From: Eukaryota sp. TZLM1-RC
Lineage: Eukaryota > Protista > Metamonada: BaSk clade
Direction of reading: 5' to 3'
DNA: 64,000 nucleotides
Assembly (NCBI GenBank): GCA_040285825.1
Contig: JAUPSS010000011.1
Location: 124,001 to 188,000 of the forward strand
Positions 12,091-23,010 of this stretch are shown here, one piece after another. The notes beneath the pieces are model-generated. The model was not told the DNA's origin. It worked only from the letters and a program-made list of their open reading frames with translations, and searched no databases. Every line of letters begins with the position of its first letter. Position 1 is the stretch's first letter. A program made the position numbers and the translations under genes.

Positions 12091-13480
12091 ATTTTAATTT
12101 TTGTGTTCAGTTTTGTGAAAGTAATAAATTAAAAATCCTCAAAAAACGGTATCACCTCAAAAATTTCTGATTGTTTCTGAAGTTCACATCACTGATATCA
12201 TTTAATTTTATGAAACATTGGCAAAATGTCTGAAATCAATCCTGAGAACCAGCAAAATACACTAACTGCAAAGAATTGCTTTTTCGAAATTTTATATTTT
12301 AGCTTCTACCTTAAAACATTTTAGCAATTGTGAGAAGGTAACCACTCTCTCAGAAGACAACAATTCTCAAACCAAATTCAATATTTCAATGGGATCTAGA
12401 ACAGCGTTTCTCATCTTAACAATCTGTTTATTATTGCTGATTAATTCTGATTGAATTCTATTAAGTGTTTTAGTTCAATAAAAATACTGTGTTCTCAGCA
12501 GAGAATATATTTAGAATTTACGACAAGGTTGTTAGTTAGGTACACAAACAAATATGCTGTGGAATGCTTGTAGTTGAACTTGAAAGCAGAACGATTAGAA
12601 CATAATGTGATGATTCAATTGAAAAAACTTATGTTAATAAAATGAGATTACTTGTTTCTATAACTTTTTTGTGTTTAATTTGAAAGACAATCAGTAGAAG
12701 ATGAAATGGAATTGACAGACTTCCAATTGTCTAGAAATGAGTTGGGAGAAATTCAACATTTTTATGAGGTTACAAAATTCTATTTTCCATCAATGACTAG
12801 CCATTACTGTTTAATGGCTCGTTCAAATATAAAATTCATTGGTGCACTTTCAGGTTAAAATTTTCCATTTGTCATAAATGCCAGGTGGTAATAGAGATTT
12901 TTTTATCTTGGTCTACAATTAATGACACAATGAAATAACTAAATTGTGTCTTAATTATCTGAATTCTCTCTGAGTTCCAAGTAGTTAGGAGACTTGGTTA
13001 AGATTAAATTTCCCCTAGTGTGAATTGAAATTCTTCTCTATTGTACGAGCTAGTAATGTTTTTAGTCATTTTTTTCTAATAAACCACACACCCGTCCATA
13101 TCTAGTCGGATTTGGATTGTATTGTTCTCAAATGGATCCACAACATTTGACTCTTAACAAACCAAGTGTTCAACTTGGCGTGGTCTCCTAGGACAATAAT
13201 TGTTCAAATACGTTTCAAGTAGTTAAAACTCAGTTTAAGTAAGAAAAGATGAAATATTTTGGAATGAATGAATGTTGTGGTGCAACACACAACATTGAGG
13301 TTTAGCCTAGAGTACCTTTGCAACTGTACTATGAAACGTTGAGGAGTGTTTCACAGTTGAGTTCATTGGGTTGCAACTTTCCATAAAAAACAATCGGATG
13401 AATTTGATGACATCATCAATCAGAATTCTCAAGACCAACATTCTTCTTTCAAACAAAATTTTTTCCCAGTAACTCGCCTC

Positions 13481-14461
13481 ATGTACAAACTTGTAGCTCT
13501 TTTTGCAATTTTGGCTTTTGCCTTGGCCAATGATGAACACATTGTTGCCATGGTCAACTCTAACCCCACTGCCCGCTGGGTTGCTGGTTTCAACCCCAGA
13601 TTCGCTGGAATGACTGCCGAAGAACGCCGTTCCCTTTTGGGTACCCGCATCGACTTCCTCAACCTCCCCAAAAAGGTTGAAGTTTCCAATGGTCTCCCCG
13701 AAGAGTTTGATGTCCGCCAACAATGGCCTGGATGTCCCTCTTATGCTATCCGCGATCAAGGTCGTTGTGGTTCTTGCTGGGCTTTCGGTGCCGCCGAAGC
13801 TTTGTCTGACAGATTTTGTGCTGCCAAGGGAATGAAGGTCGTCCTTTCTCCTCAATATCTCGTCTCTTGTGACAAGTCTAACATGGCCTGTAACGGAGGA
13901 TGGTTAGATAAGGTCTGGAACTTCATGGCTTCCACTGGTGTCGTCGAAGACTCATGTATGCCCTACGTTTCTGGTCAATCCGGTCAAGTCCCCGCTTGCC
14001 CCACCTCCTGTAAGGATGGATCTCCCCTTAAAATGTACAAGGCCGCCAATGCTTATGATGTCTCCAGCAACGAACAAACCATTATGACTGAAATCCAAAA
14101 GTACGGTTCCGTTGAAGTCGGATTCTCTGTATACTCTGATTTCATGTCTTATCGCTCTGGTATCTACCACCACGTTTCTGGTTATCTCCAAGGTGGACAT
14201 GCCGTCAAAATGATTGGTTGGGGTGTTGAAAATGGTGAGAAATATTGGTTAGTTGCTAACTCTTGGGGTACTTCATGGGGTGAACAAGGTCATTTCCGTA
14301 TCCGTCGTGGTGTTAACGAATGTAACATTGAATCTATGGTCACTGCTGGTCAAGCTGGTGATGCTCCCAATGCTTTCGAATCTGCCGATAACGGTTGCCG
14401 CACTGAATGTTCTTTCAATCACAAGGGTGAATGGGAGTGCAAGATTGTTTGCGACTGGTAA
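13481..14461 (+). CDS. Cathepsin B-like cysteine protease, copy 2
   Basis: Protein identical to 8363-9343; no nucleotide differences seen in the CDS by eye. Confidence 0.95.
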   Translation: MYKLVALFAILAFALANDEHIVAMVNSNPTARWVAGFNPRFAGMTAEERRSLLGTRIDFLNLPKKVEVSNGLPEEFDVRQQWPGCPSYAIRDQGRCGSCWAFGAAEALSDRFCAAKGMKVVLSPQYLVSCDKSNMACNGGWLDKVWNFMASTGVVEDSCMPYVSGQSGQVPACPTSCKDGSPLKMYKAANAYDVSSNEQTIMTEIQKYGSVEVGFSVYSDFMSYRSGIYHHVSGYLQGGHAVKMIGWGVENGEKYWLVANSWGTSWGEQGHFRIRRGVNECNIESMVTAGQAGDAPNAFESADNGCRTECSFNHKGEWECKIVCDW

Positions 14462-14929
14462 TTTATAGCCTTTTTGTATAAAGTATTATTACTAATTTTG
14501 TGGTTTGTCTTTTATTTTGTATTTTTTGTTATAACACTTGTTAAATTCAACAAGAGGAAACAGTATATCTATGATAGTAAGGATTTTTAATTGTGAATTA
14601 GTAATTCAATATTGAAATATAAGATTTGCTGAGCCTAGGGAGGGATCCAATTGTTTTTAGACCACTCAATTCTATTTTTTCCTCTCTTCATATATTCCCT
14701 TTGTTTTTCATTCTCTTGAATAATTTGGAACAAATTGACCAAATGCTGAAATTGTACATACAGAAACATATTGAATTTATCATAAAAACACTTCGTGCTA
14801 ATTCCAACTTTAATAGTAGTTTTTGATTTACTGATACTCTTATCTCTAGGCCTTGGTCTAGAGTCCAGTGTGTAGCTCGGCTGTTTTGGATCAAGATCTT
14901 CGTTGATTGTTAATGGAAACAAGTTGTAG

Positions 14930-15960
14930 TGAGAATAAGTCATCAGATTCATCACTAAATGGATATGTGCTTCTGAAGTTTCATTCAATTCTGTTATGCT
15001 TCCTGAATTTAAGCAGTTTGCTTTCCTCACTTATAACCTACTTGAAGCCATTAGTTGGTCTGTTGAAACTCACAGACTCCAATGAGCCTTATTTCTCAAA
15101 GATGTACGTAAAATGTCGACAATTACAAGAATACTACTATCTGAACTCATGGGAAGGAATGACCGACTTTGAAAAATACTCTGTCAATGGTAGCATAAAT
15201 AACCGAATTTTTTTGAAGCTATTAACTCCAATTTATCTTGCTGCTTACTATTTCGATCCAGAATACGCTTCAAAATTTGAAGAAAGCACTGACGCAGAAA
15301 TTAACTCTTTCCGAAAAGCGTAGTGTTTGTGATGAAAACGACTCCCTAGAAGTTTTTCGAGAATGGCAGATGTTTTATACTAAGCAAAACCATTACTCTC
15401 AACCAGAAGCATGGAAGCATGCTCCAGAATTGTCGCCTAGAGAATAGTGGTTGGTGTATGGCAGTCGAGATGGTAAACTGAGAAGTATTGCACTGAAAAT
15501 ACTTTCACAGAGAGTATCAACTGGCAGTGCTGAGAGAAATTGGTCAGCATATGGATTTATCAAGAACAAGAGAAGAAACCGTCTCAGTGACAGACTAGCG
15601 AACGATCTTGTGTTTATTTTCTCAAACATGAAGCTGAAAAAGACACTGGAGAACAAGAAGGAAAGCTATTTGAAATGGGAGACAGATCCAGTGGAAGCAG
15701 ACTGGGTTCTAGAAAGTGAGTCCGACTCAGAAGTCGAGGATCCTTGTCTGGCAGACCACTTAAAGAGAGTATTTGGTCAGGTTAATGACCTAGATTTAGA
15801 TGTTGTAGAACTTTCTGAATAAAAGTTTAGTTTGTTGGTTGAGAGTGAGTGTAATAGCATAACGAAGGAGGAGATAAACAGCGTATTGATATTAATGAAT
15901 CAAAACGAGATGCCGAACTAACCGAACGTATCAGTAGGTGCCGAACGTTCGGCCAAACTA
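14930..15960 (+). mobile_element. hAT DNA transposon remnant (C-terminal transposase and 3' end)
   Basis: hAT dimerisation motif LRSIALKILSQRVSTGSAERNWS..GFIKNKRRNRL; upstream P..LAAYYFDP; CCGAAC subterminal repeats 15913-15946; ends ...CAAACTA. Confidence 0.8.
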
Positions 15961-16146
15961 GTTCAGTAATTCTAACATTGATTTGAAGTATTAATTCAAA
16001 GATTGACTTGTGGTGGTCTTTCAGGGTGAATAAAAATCCCCCTCACCGGCCACCCTGACTCTAATCCCCCTCATAATCCCCCTACCTGATTTTTGCTTTT
16101 CTACTAGTCTAATCACCACTCTTTCCTATCTCATGCCACCTCACAC

Positions 16147-16575
16147 ATGAAGGAAGGTCACTTCAGCAGATCAGATTTTGTTGGCTTCTTAAAAGACTTA
16201 ATCAGAGATGGTGTAACGTATCGATTTCCAGGTCCACGCTCTGTTCTGATATTAGATGGCTGTCGAATTCATAGGTCACCTGAAATTTTTGCAGCTGTAA
16301 GTAAAACAGGTATTAAATACATTCTTTTGCCCCCATACTCCCCAGAATGTAATCCTATCGAGAGTTTTTTCTCTATCTTAAGAAGACGAGTTCGAAACGA
16401 AGCTAAACTTTATCCTGACGTGCCTGCTACCCAAATTATTTTTTCTTGTCTTGAGAGCTTACGTAACTATAACTGTACCTCGCTCTTTAATCACTCTGGT
16501 TACGTTGAACAACAAAACTACAAGTCTCCTTATTTGCACAGTGAAAGATTGAAAAAATTTGTGTCAACTGATTAA
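16147..16575 (+). mobile_element. IS630/Tc1/mariner-superfamily DDE transposase, C-terminal half only
   Basis: VLILDGCRIH...LLPPYSPECNPIE motif (second D and E of the triad); the N-terminal part is absent. Confidence 0.85.
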
Positions 16576-16627
16576 TGATTTCTAAAATACATAATTAAAT
16601 TTTTATCGTTTATTAATTTTTCAAAAA

Positions 16628-17593
16628 CTAAAGTTTCGCATGAGGATCACTAACATTTCTACAGCTGTCAAACATGAGCTCTGCATCAGCATTAAGCTGT
16701 GTGGGAACCGGAGCTGAGTTCAACATTGATCGAACAAAATTACTAATTTCAGCATAATATTTTGTTTTCAAAGCCTCTCTAAAGGAGTTGACCTCTTCTT
16801 CGAGCTGTGTTTCTTTTCTTTTGATAAATTGTACGATCTGGTCATCGAGCATTGAGACTTCTTCAATATCGTATTTGGAACTCTTCAACATTTTGAATCT
16901 GAGCACACTTTCAGGAACAATGGAGAGATCAGCAATTTTATTGCTTTCATAAAGCATTTTGAACTCAACCCAACCTTGAGTCGACAGGCTCAGTGTACTG
17001 TGCATGCTCTGAAGACTTTCAATACTAATAACTCGCAAATTTTGTTGTCGTTGAGCTTCTAGTTGCTGGTCGTATAGCGTCTTGGTAATATCTGGACAAA
17101 CTTTTATAATAGTGTTTTTTCCAGCCTTTAACCAACCTCGAAGAGCTGAGTCTGAAATTGGCTTCCAATTTTTGCTGGTTAATTGTGCTTTTGATGTTGC
17201 AAGTAGGGTGTTCTGGTTCCAAAGAGGGGTTTTTGTAGTTTTGGCTGTAGATTCAAAATGTTCTGTAATAAACTCAATAAGATCTAAAGCAGTAATGTGT
17301 GGTAAGTAGATTGGCTTCTTTGAAGAGTCTTCACTGATGGCTTCGTCGTCTCGAAAGTAAAAAGTCAAGAGTTCATCGTGAAAGAATTTGGATGTACCTT
17401 TGTACGGAGCATAACAAAGGTTGAAACTAGCAACGCTAAATCCTCCTTGATCAATCCAGGAAAAGTTTAGTGAATTGGGGAAAAGCTGGACGGAATTGTC
17501 CTCTTCACAACAAGTAACATCAGAATCCATTTCATCAAAAGAGAGACGTCTGCGTTTGGTGGGAGGTACACTGTCTTCAAGATGTGTTGACAA
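16628..17593 (-). CDS. Hypothetical protein convergent with the DDE fragment, possibly a transposon accessory ORF
   Basis: 321-aa intronless ORF with an NLS-like PTKRRR; no recognised domain. Confidence 0.45.
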   Translation of the reverse strand: MSTHLEDSVPPTKRRRLSFDEMDSDVTCCEEDNSVQLFPNSLNFSWIDQGGFSVASFNLCYAPYKGTSKFFHDELLTFYFRDDEAISEDSSKKPIYLPHITALDLIEFITEHFESTAKTTKTPLWNQNTLLATSKAQLTSKNWKPISDSALRGWLKAGKNTIIKVCPDITKTLYDQQLEAQRQQNLRVISIESLQSMHSTLSLSTQGWVEFKMLYESNKIADLSIVPESVLRFKMLKSSKYDIEEVSMLDDQIVQFIKRKETQLEEEVNSFREALKTKYYAEISNFVRSMLNSAPVPTQLNADAELMFDSCRNVSDPHAKL

Positions 17594-18137
17594 GCCGTCA
17601 ATGTGTTCCTCAAAAATTCGTTGATTAAAATAAAGCTGACTTTGTGATTTATTAGGCAGAGAACTAATTAAACTAAATACTCAATTAAAATATGTATGGG
17701 AGAACTAAACTGCGTCTCCGGAATCCTTTACCCTTTTGAAATTAGCTTTTGATGCATCACTTAATCTAGTCCTTCTGGGAGGCTGAAAAAATGCTTAAAT
17801 AAAACTGTTGAACTCAACAAAGAACTCTGTTCTCAGACCACTAATTGATCTTTCAAAAGCAGCATCCATTTCGATAATTTGAGTAGATACATACTGAGTG
17901 ATACAATCAGCAATAGAATGTCGCTCTTCTTTGAAAGTAGACAAAGATACATCTATTGGGGAATAGAACCGGATCAAATCAACGGGGATGACAACAGTGC
18001 TATGAGATGTGTTCATTTGCAAAAGAAAATTGGTAGAGTTAACGACAAAAGTTTTCCTGCTTTTGAGAGGTATGAGGTGTACTTTGAGGGATTGTCATTA
18101 TTGAATATATTTTGCAAAATTGGAGAGTTTGAAAGGG

Positions 18138-18190
18138 TTAAACCAGTTCAAAACCATTTTAAAACCAGTTTATAACCAGTTCAAAACCAT
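18138..18190. repeat. Short tandem repeat of AAACCAGTT(C/T)A-like units
   Basis: ttaaaccagttcaaaaccattttaaaaccagtttataaccagttcaaaacca. Confidence 0.7.
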
Positions 18191-18324
18191 AGAGACATCT
18201 ATGGATTCAATATTGTTTATTTGAAATTGCCAGAATGTACTGCAACAAAGCTAATATAGACAGAGCCTAATACAAGAGCAGCATGATATATGTTTGAATT
18301 TGGGTGAAAATTGTACTGAAGAAT

Positions 18325-19132
18325 TTCAAAATTGGTTTAGGAGTGAAACAGAAATTAGTTTTACCATTCCCTTAAAAACAATACAATTGAAAAATTTGGC
18401 AGCAGCTAGTAAAGGTAATAAAATTAAATCATCAAAACCAATAATCCTGTCCCAAAGTAGAAAAAACTGATCAATGGTTATGTAGTTAACATTTGTACCT
18501 AGTTAACGCTAGGAACACCTTGCCGGCAAAAATGACGACACTGGGGAGGGTAGTGCTTCCCTGCGACGTCAGCAGCTAATTTAATACGTGAATTAACAGA
18601 ATTATTATTTGAATTATTAAATGTTAAATCGTCAACTCCTATCTGAACATACTTGTTTGGCGAAAGCTCTGTGAATTCATTAGCTAGATTGGTTAAGCTA
18701 CGAACGTGCATGGAGAGCTTGATAAGGCCCCATGGTGATAGGGAAGGTTCATTGTTACGGTTAGGAGAAGAGAGAGACTGAAGAACGGAGAACAGTTCCT
18801 CCGGCTCCCACACGTAACGAAGGGACATAAAGTCAACGGACGAGGATGTGACAGAATCTACAAGCGGGAGTTTGCTTTCACGGCGAAGATCTTCCAGGGC
18901 TGCGACGACATGGCGTTTCCAACGACGACGTGCGGAAAGAATGACTGGATGGGTTTCGATTGGAGTGGAGATTTTAGATTTTGTTGATGAGTGATAGCCC
19001 CTCTGGTGTCTTGTTGATACACTTGGTGTAAGCATTTGCTACAGATTCAGGACTATAGCGTTGTTTAAGCAATTCTAGTTTCAAACGTCGACGAAAAAAC
19101 CAATATTCTGTAGTATCTTTATAGGTACTCAT
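18325..19132 (-). pseudogene. TBC1D19-like gene with a frameshift and an internal deletion
   Basis: LFSVLQSLSSPN..WGLIKLSMHV..FTELS..QIGVDD..RQGVP and C-terminal LLWDRIIGFDDLILLPLLAAA resemble TBC1D19; the central TBC core is missing. Confidence 0.65.
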
Positions 19133-19510
19133 TGAAAGGTGTGGAGATGTGTAGTTTGTGCTACTACTGAAAGCCTATTAGGAAGGTTGGAGAGGTCAAG
19201 ATATTGCTGAAGTACGGACCTTTGAATGTTGAGATGAAAAACAAAGAAAAAGTTTGATAAAGATGAATTTTGGATGATGAAACCGACGGCAAACCATTTG
19301 AAACCCAATTACCAACATCAGTGACACAACATGCTGCTTTCAAGAGAGAAACACAACAGAAACCTGATGTCTCGATAGATGTACCTTTAATAAACTGTTT
19401 AAACAATCTTTATTTCAATATAGCAAATAGAAGAAAAGTTGTCGACATCGACACCAAATTTTGAAAATAACCCAAACTCAACAATCAATCATTTCTGATT
19501 GTCTGACACT

Positions 19511-21503
19511 ATGCCGTGTTCCGTCTGCCGGGCGGCCACCCACAACCGACGTACTTGTCCTCAGAGACAAGTGTCATCACCAGATGATAATGGTTGGATT
19601 CCAGAAGTAGTGCACCACCCAAGTACTGGCTTAAATGAGGGCGAAAGGCCACTCCCAGTTCCAGTTCGCCCGCCACCAGACCCTCTCCCGTCTGCCACAA
19701 CCACGACTGTGCCTGTAAGCCTCCCAAGATTCTTTTGCCTCTCGTGCTGCTCAAGCTATTGAGGCACAGCTTATTCACTTACGAGATGTTGCTTTCTATG
19801 CCACCTTATTGGCAAGAAAGCTTCTATTAGAATATCCGCATCTGTCCTGCTGGCTCGCTCACCGTCAATTCTGGTCGCAGTGCTTCGACTGCGTCACCCA
19901 CAGTCGACCTAAAATTAGGGAGCCTTTCAAGAGCACTAACCCTGATGTCTATGAGGCTCTTACGCATATGACATCAAGTGCTACCTGGCCGTGGCCTCCG
20001 TTAGTAGAGGGCCAAGAACATCCACCCTTTTGTCAGGCTGCTCTTTTTAGCAATAGAGCTGTTCAACTCGAATCAGCTCACAGACAGCTGCTGACCGATG
20101 GCCCTGTGACCTGGAAACTGAATTTCTTCAGGTCTATGGGTAAGCAGATGGAGTGTCCTGCTCCATCAAAGTATGCCAGTTGTGTGGTTTCCGGTTCCAC
20201 AATTTCTGCAAATTTAAGACAATGGTATGATGAATATCATTTTCATATTTCCGAAATTTGGAACCAAACAGTAACATCTAATGATTTGTATACGCGTGCC
20301 CTGAGGCGTGATGAATTGGATGTCACTGTTTATAATTGTTGGTTGATAAGCCATTGGGGATTGGCAATTTTACATCGTCTAGAAAGTACATGCCCAAATG
20401 TATTTCGAAGACATGCCTTATCCCCAATTGCCACCAAAGTTCCAGGGTTTGTTCCTTTTAATCAACAAGCTCTGGAATATTTCAAAAAATTGAATCCTAA
20501 CCAACAATTATTACGGAACCCTTTTAAGTTTTTTAACAAGAAAAAATTTAAAACTTTTGCAGTTTCTAGCAATGGACTCTCATTGCGCTTCACTTTTTCA
20601 AAGAAACCCAAAAAGACGTGCACCAGGCGAAAAAATTCTGAAATTCAAGCATTGGGTCAAAGTCGTCCTTATTTCAGAGAGTCCACTAGAAAACGAAATA
20701 AGAGAATAAATGGGCGAGCTAACCGACCGAGGAAAATTGCGAGACGGTCTCAAGATTGCTCGCAGGATCTTCCCATCAGAGAAGACCTTTTTTTCGTGGC
20801 GGTTGATCCAAACCATTCAAATTTATGTGGTTGGACAACTGGACATTGTTCACAAGAGAATAGGGTAATTGTTGAACAATCTGGAATTCTACTGAATCCG
20901 AAAGCAAAAGTAATTGATTTTCCCCAGCCACTCACTCAATCCTCTGTGAACACTTATTCCGTTGAGAGCTTCAACAGGTATCTCATTGAAATAGCTTCAC
21001 TGATAATGAATGATGAGCAGGAAACAATTTCTTTGGTTTCCCAAACTTTGTCCAATAGTACAGCGAGAATTTTGAGACGAAATAAGTTTGATTTTGTGAT
21101 AAGAAGACAAAAAAGGTTCATTCATTTCATTAACAAAATTAAGAGACTAGCTAATAACAGGGAGACTATTATTTGGTTTGGTAATGGCGGTAATGGACCT
21201 TCTCGACAATCCACCAAAGCCCCAACTAAGAAGTTTCTGACAGAAGTAAAGAAATACTTTGCCAATGTGAAGGTTGGAGATGAATACATGACATCTGCCA
21301 AAACCAATTGTTGCAAGGTACATCACAGGAAGGTGTATCATGAAGGCACTCGAAGAATCAATAATGCTTACTTTGAATGTCCTAGATGTGATGAACGCTG
21401 GTCTAGAGACATTTCCGCTTCAAGAAATCAGCTAGAGATTGCGATTTCTGAACATTTTACTGGGATCAGACCAGAGACATTTAGAAGGGAGGTGAGAGAG
21501 TGA
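19511..21503 (+). CDS. Fanzor1-like RNA-guided RuvC nuclease with N-terminal CCHC zinc knuckle (locus Fz-B); one frameshift near 19733
   Basis: RuvC-I VAVDPN, WFGNGG, RuvC-II GDEYMTS, zinc site CC...CPRC, RuvC-III SRDISA.N; the upstream ORF (CSVCRAATHNRRTC plus a Pro-rich linker) joins if one T is removed in TTCTTTTGCC, giving ~663 aa. Confidence 0.85.
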
Positions 21504-21614
21504 TAGTTGTTTGTATCCATGTATTGCCTTCGGGCGCTGTGATCCTGAAAAGGAAACCGTATAAGGGAATGGAGGAATGCTACTTGATGTATGCATTTCC
21601 GATGAAATTCACAG
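21504..21614 (+). ncRNA. Candidate omega-RNA scaffold of Fz-B; guide predicted to start near 21615
   Basis: GCC-TTCG-GGC and TCCT-GAAA-AGGA tetraloop hairpins; TCCAT/ATGGA closing stem; terminal GGAATGC/GCATTTCC hairpin; pseudoknot CTGTGA(21537-42)/TCACAG(21609-14). Confidence 0.75.
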
Positions 21615-21654
21615 ACACAACTCAACAATCTCACTCCTTGACTACTCTTCTCCG

Positions 21655-22268
21655 ATGTCTTCTCCTGCTTCTGCAAACTCCTCATGTGAAAATCTTCCAT
21701 CTAAAAAAACACGTCATGTATGTGCACTTGGTGACAGAGGTGTCGGTAAAACTGCTATTGCCAAGATGTTCGTCGACTCTGTCGTCCTCGACAAGTATAG
21801 GCCATCCATGACTAACATGGTCGAAGGACGAATCAAATACAACAATGTTATTTACACGCTCAAACTTTTAGACACCGCTGGTATGTTTGCATTTCGTCTT
21901 TGATAACCCTAGGAATGGATAGTTTTACTCCTATCCCTGATGAAGTCGATGCCACTTTTGATGCATTTATCTTTGTCTTTTCTCTCTCCGATGAGGCCTC
22001 TTTTAGAAACGTGCAGCAACACCATCGCAGTCTTCATGATCATTTTGACAACATTGATAACATATCTTGTATACTTGTAGGGAACAAGTCTGACAAGAAA
22101 GCTGAACGCCAAGTTGATTATGATGATGCAGTTTCGCTATCCAATCAGTGGAAGTGTAAGTACGTTGAATGCTGTGCTCATCACGAAGCTGACGTTTTAA
22201 AGTTGTTCTCTACTGTTCTTTCGGTAATTGAACCCTCAGAATCGGGTGGATCTTGTAGTATTTTATAA
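21655..22268 (+). CDS. Rheb-like Ras-family GTPase, 2 exons (intron 21881-21912)
   Basis: GDRGVGKT (Arg as in the Rheb P-loop), DTAG across the intron, GNKSD, CaaX CSIL. Confidence 0.85.
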
Positions 22269-22323
22269 GTAATTGTTATTGTACATATTAGTTTTTTGAA
22301 TATTAGAAATGTTGTAAGATTGT

Positions 22324-23010
22324 TTATACACATTGCACTGTAAGTATGACGCATAAATTTAGGCATATTTGTGGTATTAATACTAGAGGTAATTGTTCCA
22401 TCAGATTACAATGATTTGCTATTGATAATGCAGACTTGAGTGACCCATAAAGAGTGCAAATAAACATAAAGATAATTGCAAGTGCAAAGGAAATTCTGGT
22501 TAATATTGGAAACAAAAGAAATGCAATTGATGAAGGAAAAAGACTGAACCCAAAGCACTGAAGGGCAGCAGATAGCCTTAGGGGAACAGTGTTAGAAAGT
22601 AGGGAGAAGAGAAAGGACAGAAACAGTGTGGAAAATAGTGTGCTCGAATAAAAAGTTGTAAAAGGGGCAACTGACTTTGAAACAAATGTAGATATCAGTG
22701 CAGTGAAAAAGACCACTATACATGGTCCAAATACGTCTGGGCTGTGTAGTGATACAATCTTTTTTGGATGAATAAAGTCTAGACCATAAGAAAATACAGA
22801 TTCAAAGGAAAGACCAAGTTCTTCTAGAAGCGGAATATCATCAACAACTGGCTGAAGAAGTGACGTTTCTGTAAATTGCTGAGAAGAAGCATTTGTATGA
22901 TGTGTGGTATTTAAGCCAGTTTCAACAGAAGAGGTCTGTTCTATAAAATCCAGGGGTGCAAACTTGTACTGAGAGTCCTTGCTCGTTAGGCTCCTCTGGC
23001 GAAAATGCAT
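22324..23010 (-). CDS. Yip1-domain membrane protein
   Basis: PLLEELG and PDVFGP motifs followed by about 5 hydrophobic helices. Confidence 0.8.
   Translation of the reverse strand: MHFRQRSLTSKDSQYKFAPLDFIEQTSSVETGLNTTHHTNASSQQFTETSLLQPVVDDIPLLEELGLSFESVFSYGLDFIHPKKIVSLHSPDVFGPCIVVFFTALISTFVSKSVAPFTTFYSSTLFSTLFLSFLFSLLSNTVPLRLSAALQCFGFSLFPSSIAFLLFPILTRISFALAIIFMFICTLYGSLKSALSIANHCNLMEQLPLVLIPQICLNLCVILTVQCV

Noticed and set aside
8302-14200. Antisense and alternate-frame ORFs over cathepsin B (likewise over CHMP2, P0 and RFC)
   Set aside because: Shadow ORFs produced by codon bias of the real genes.
21610-21614. CACAG element ends acting as spliceosomal 3' acceptors (element as an intron)
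   Set aside because: No matching upstream exon or donor was identified; the motif is explained by pseudoknot pairing.
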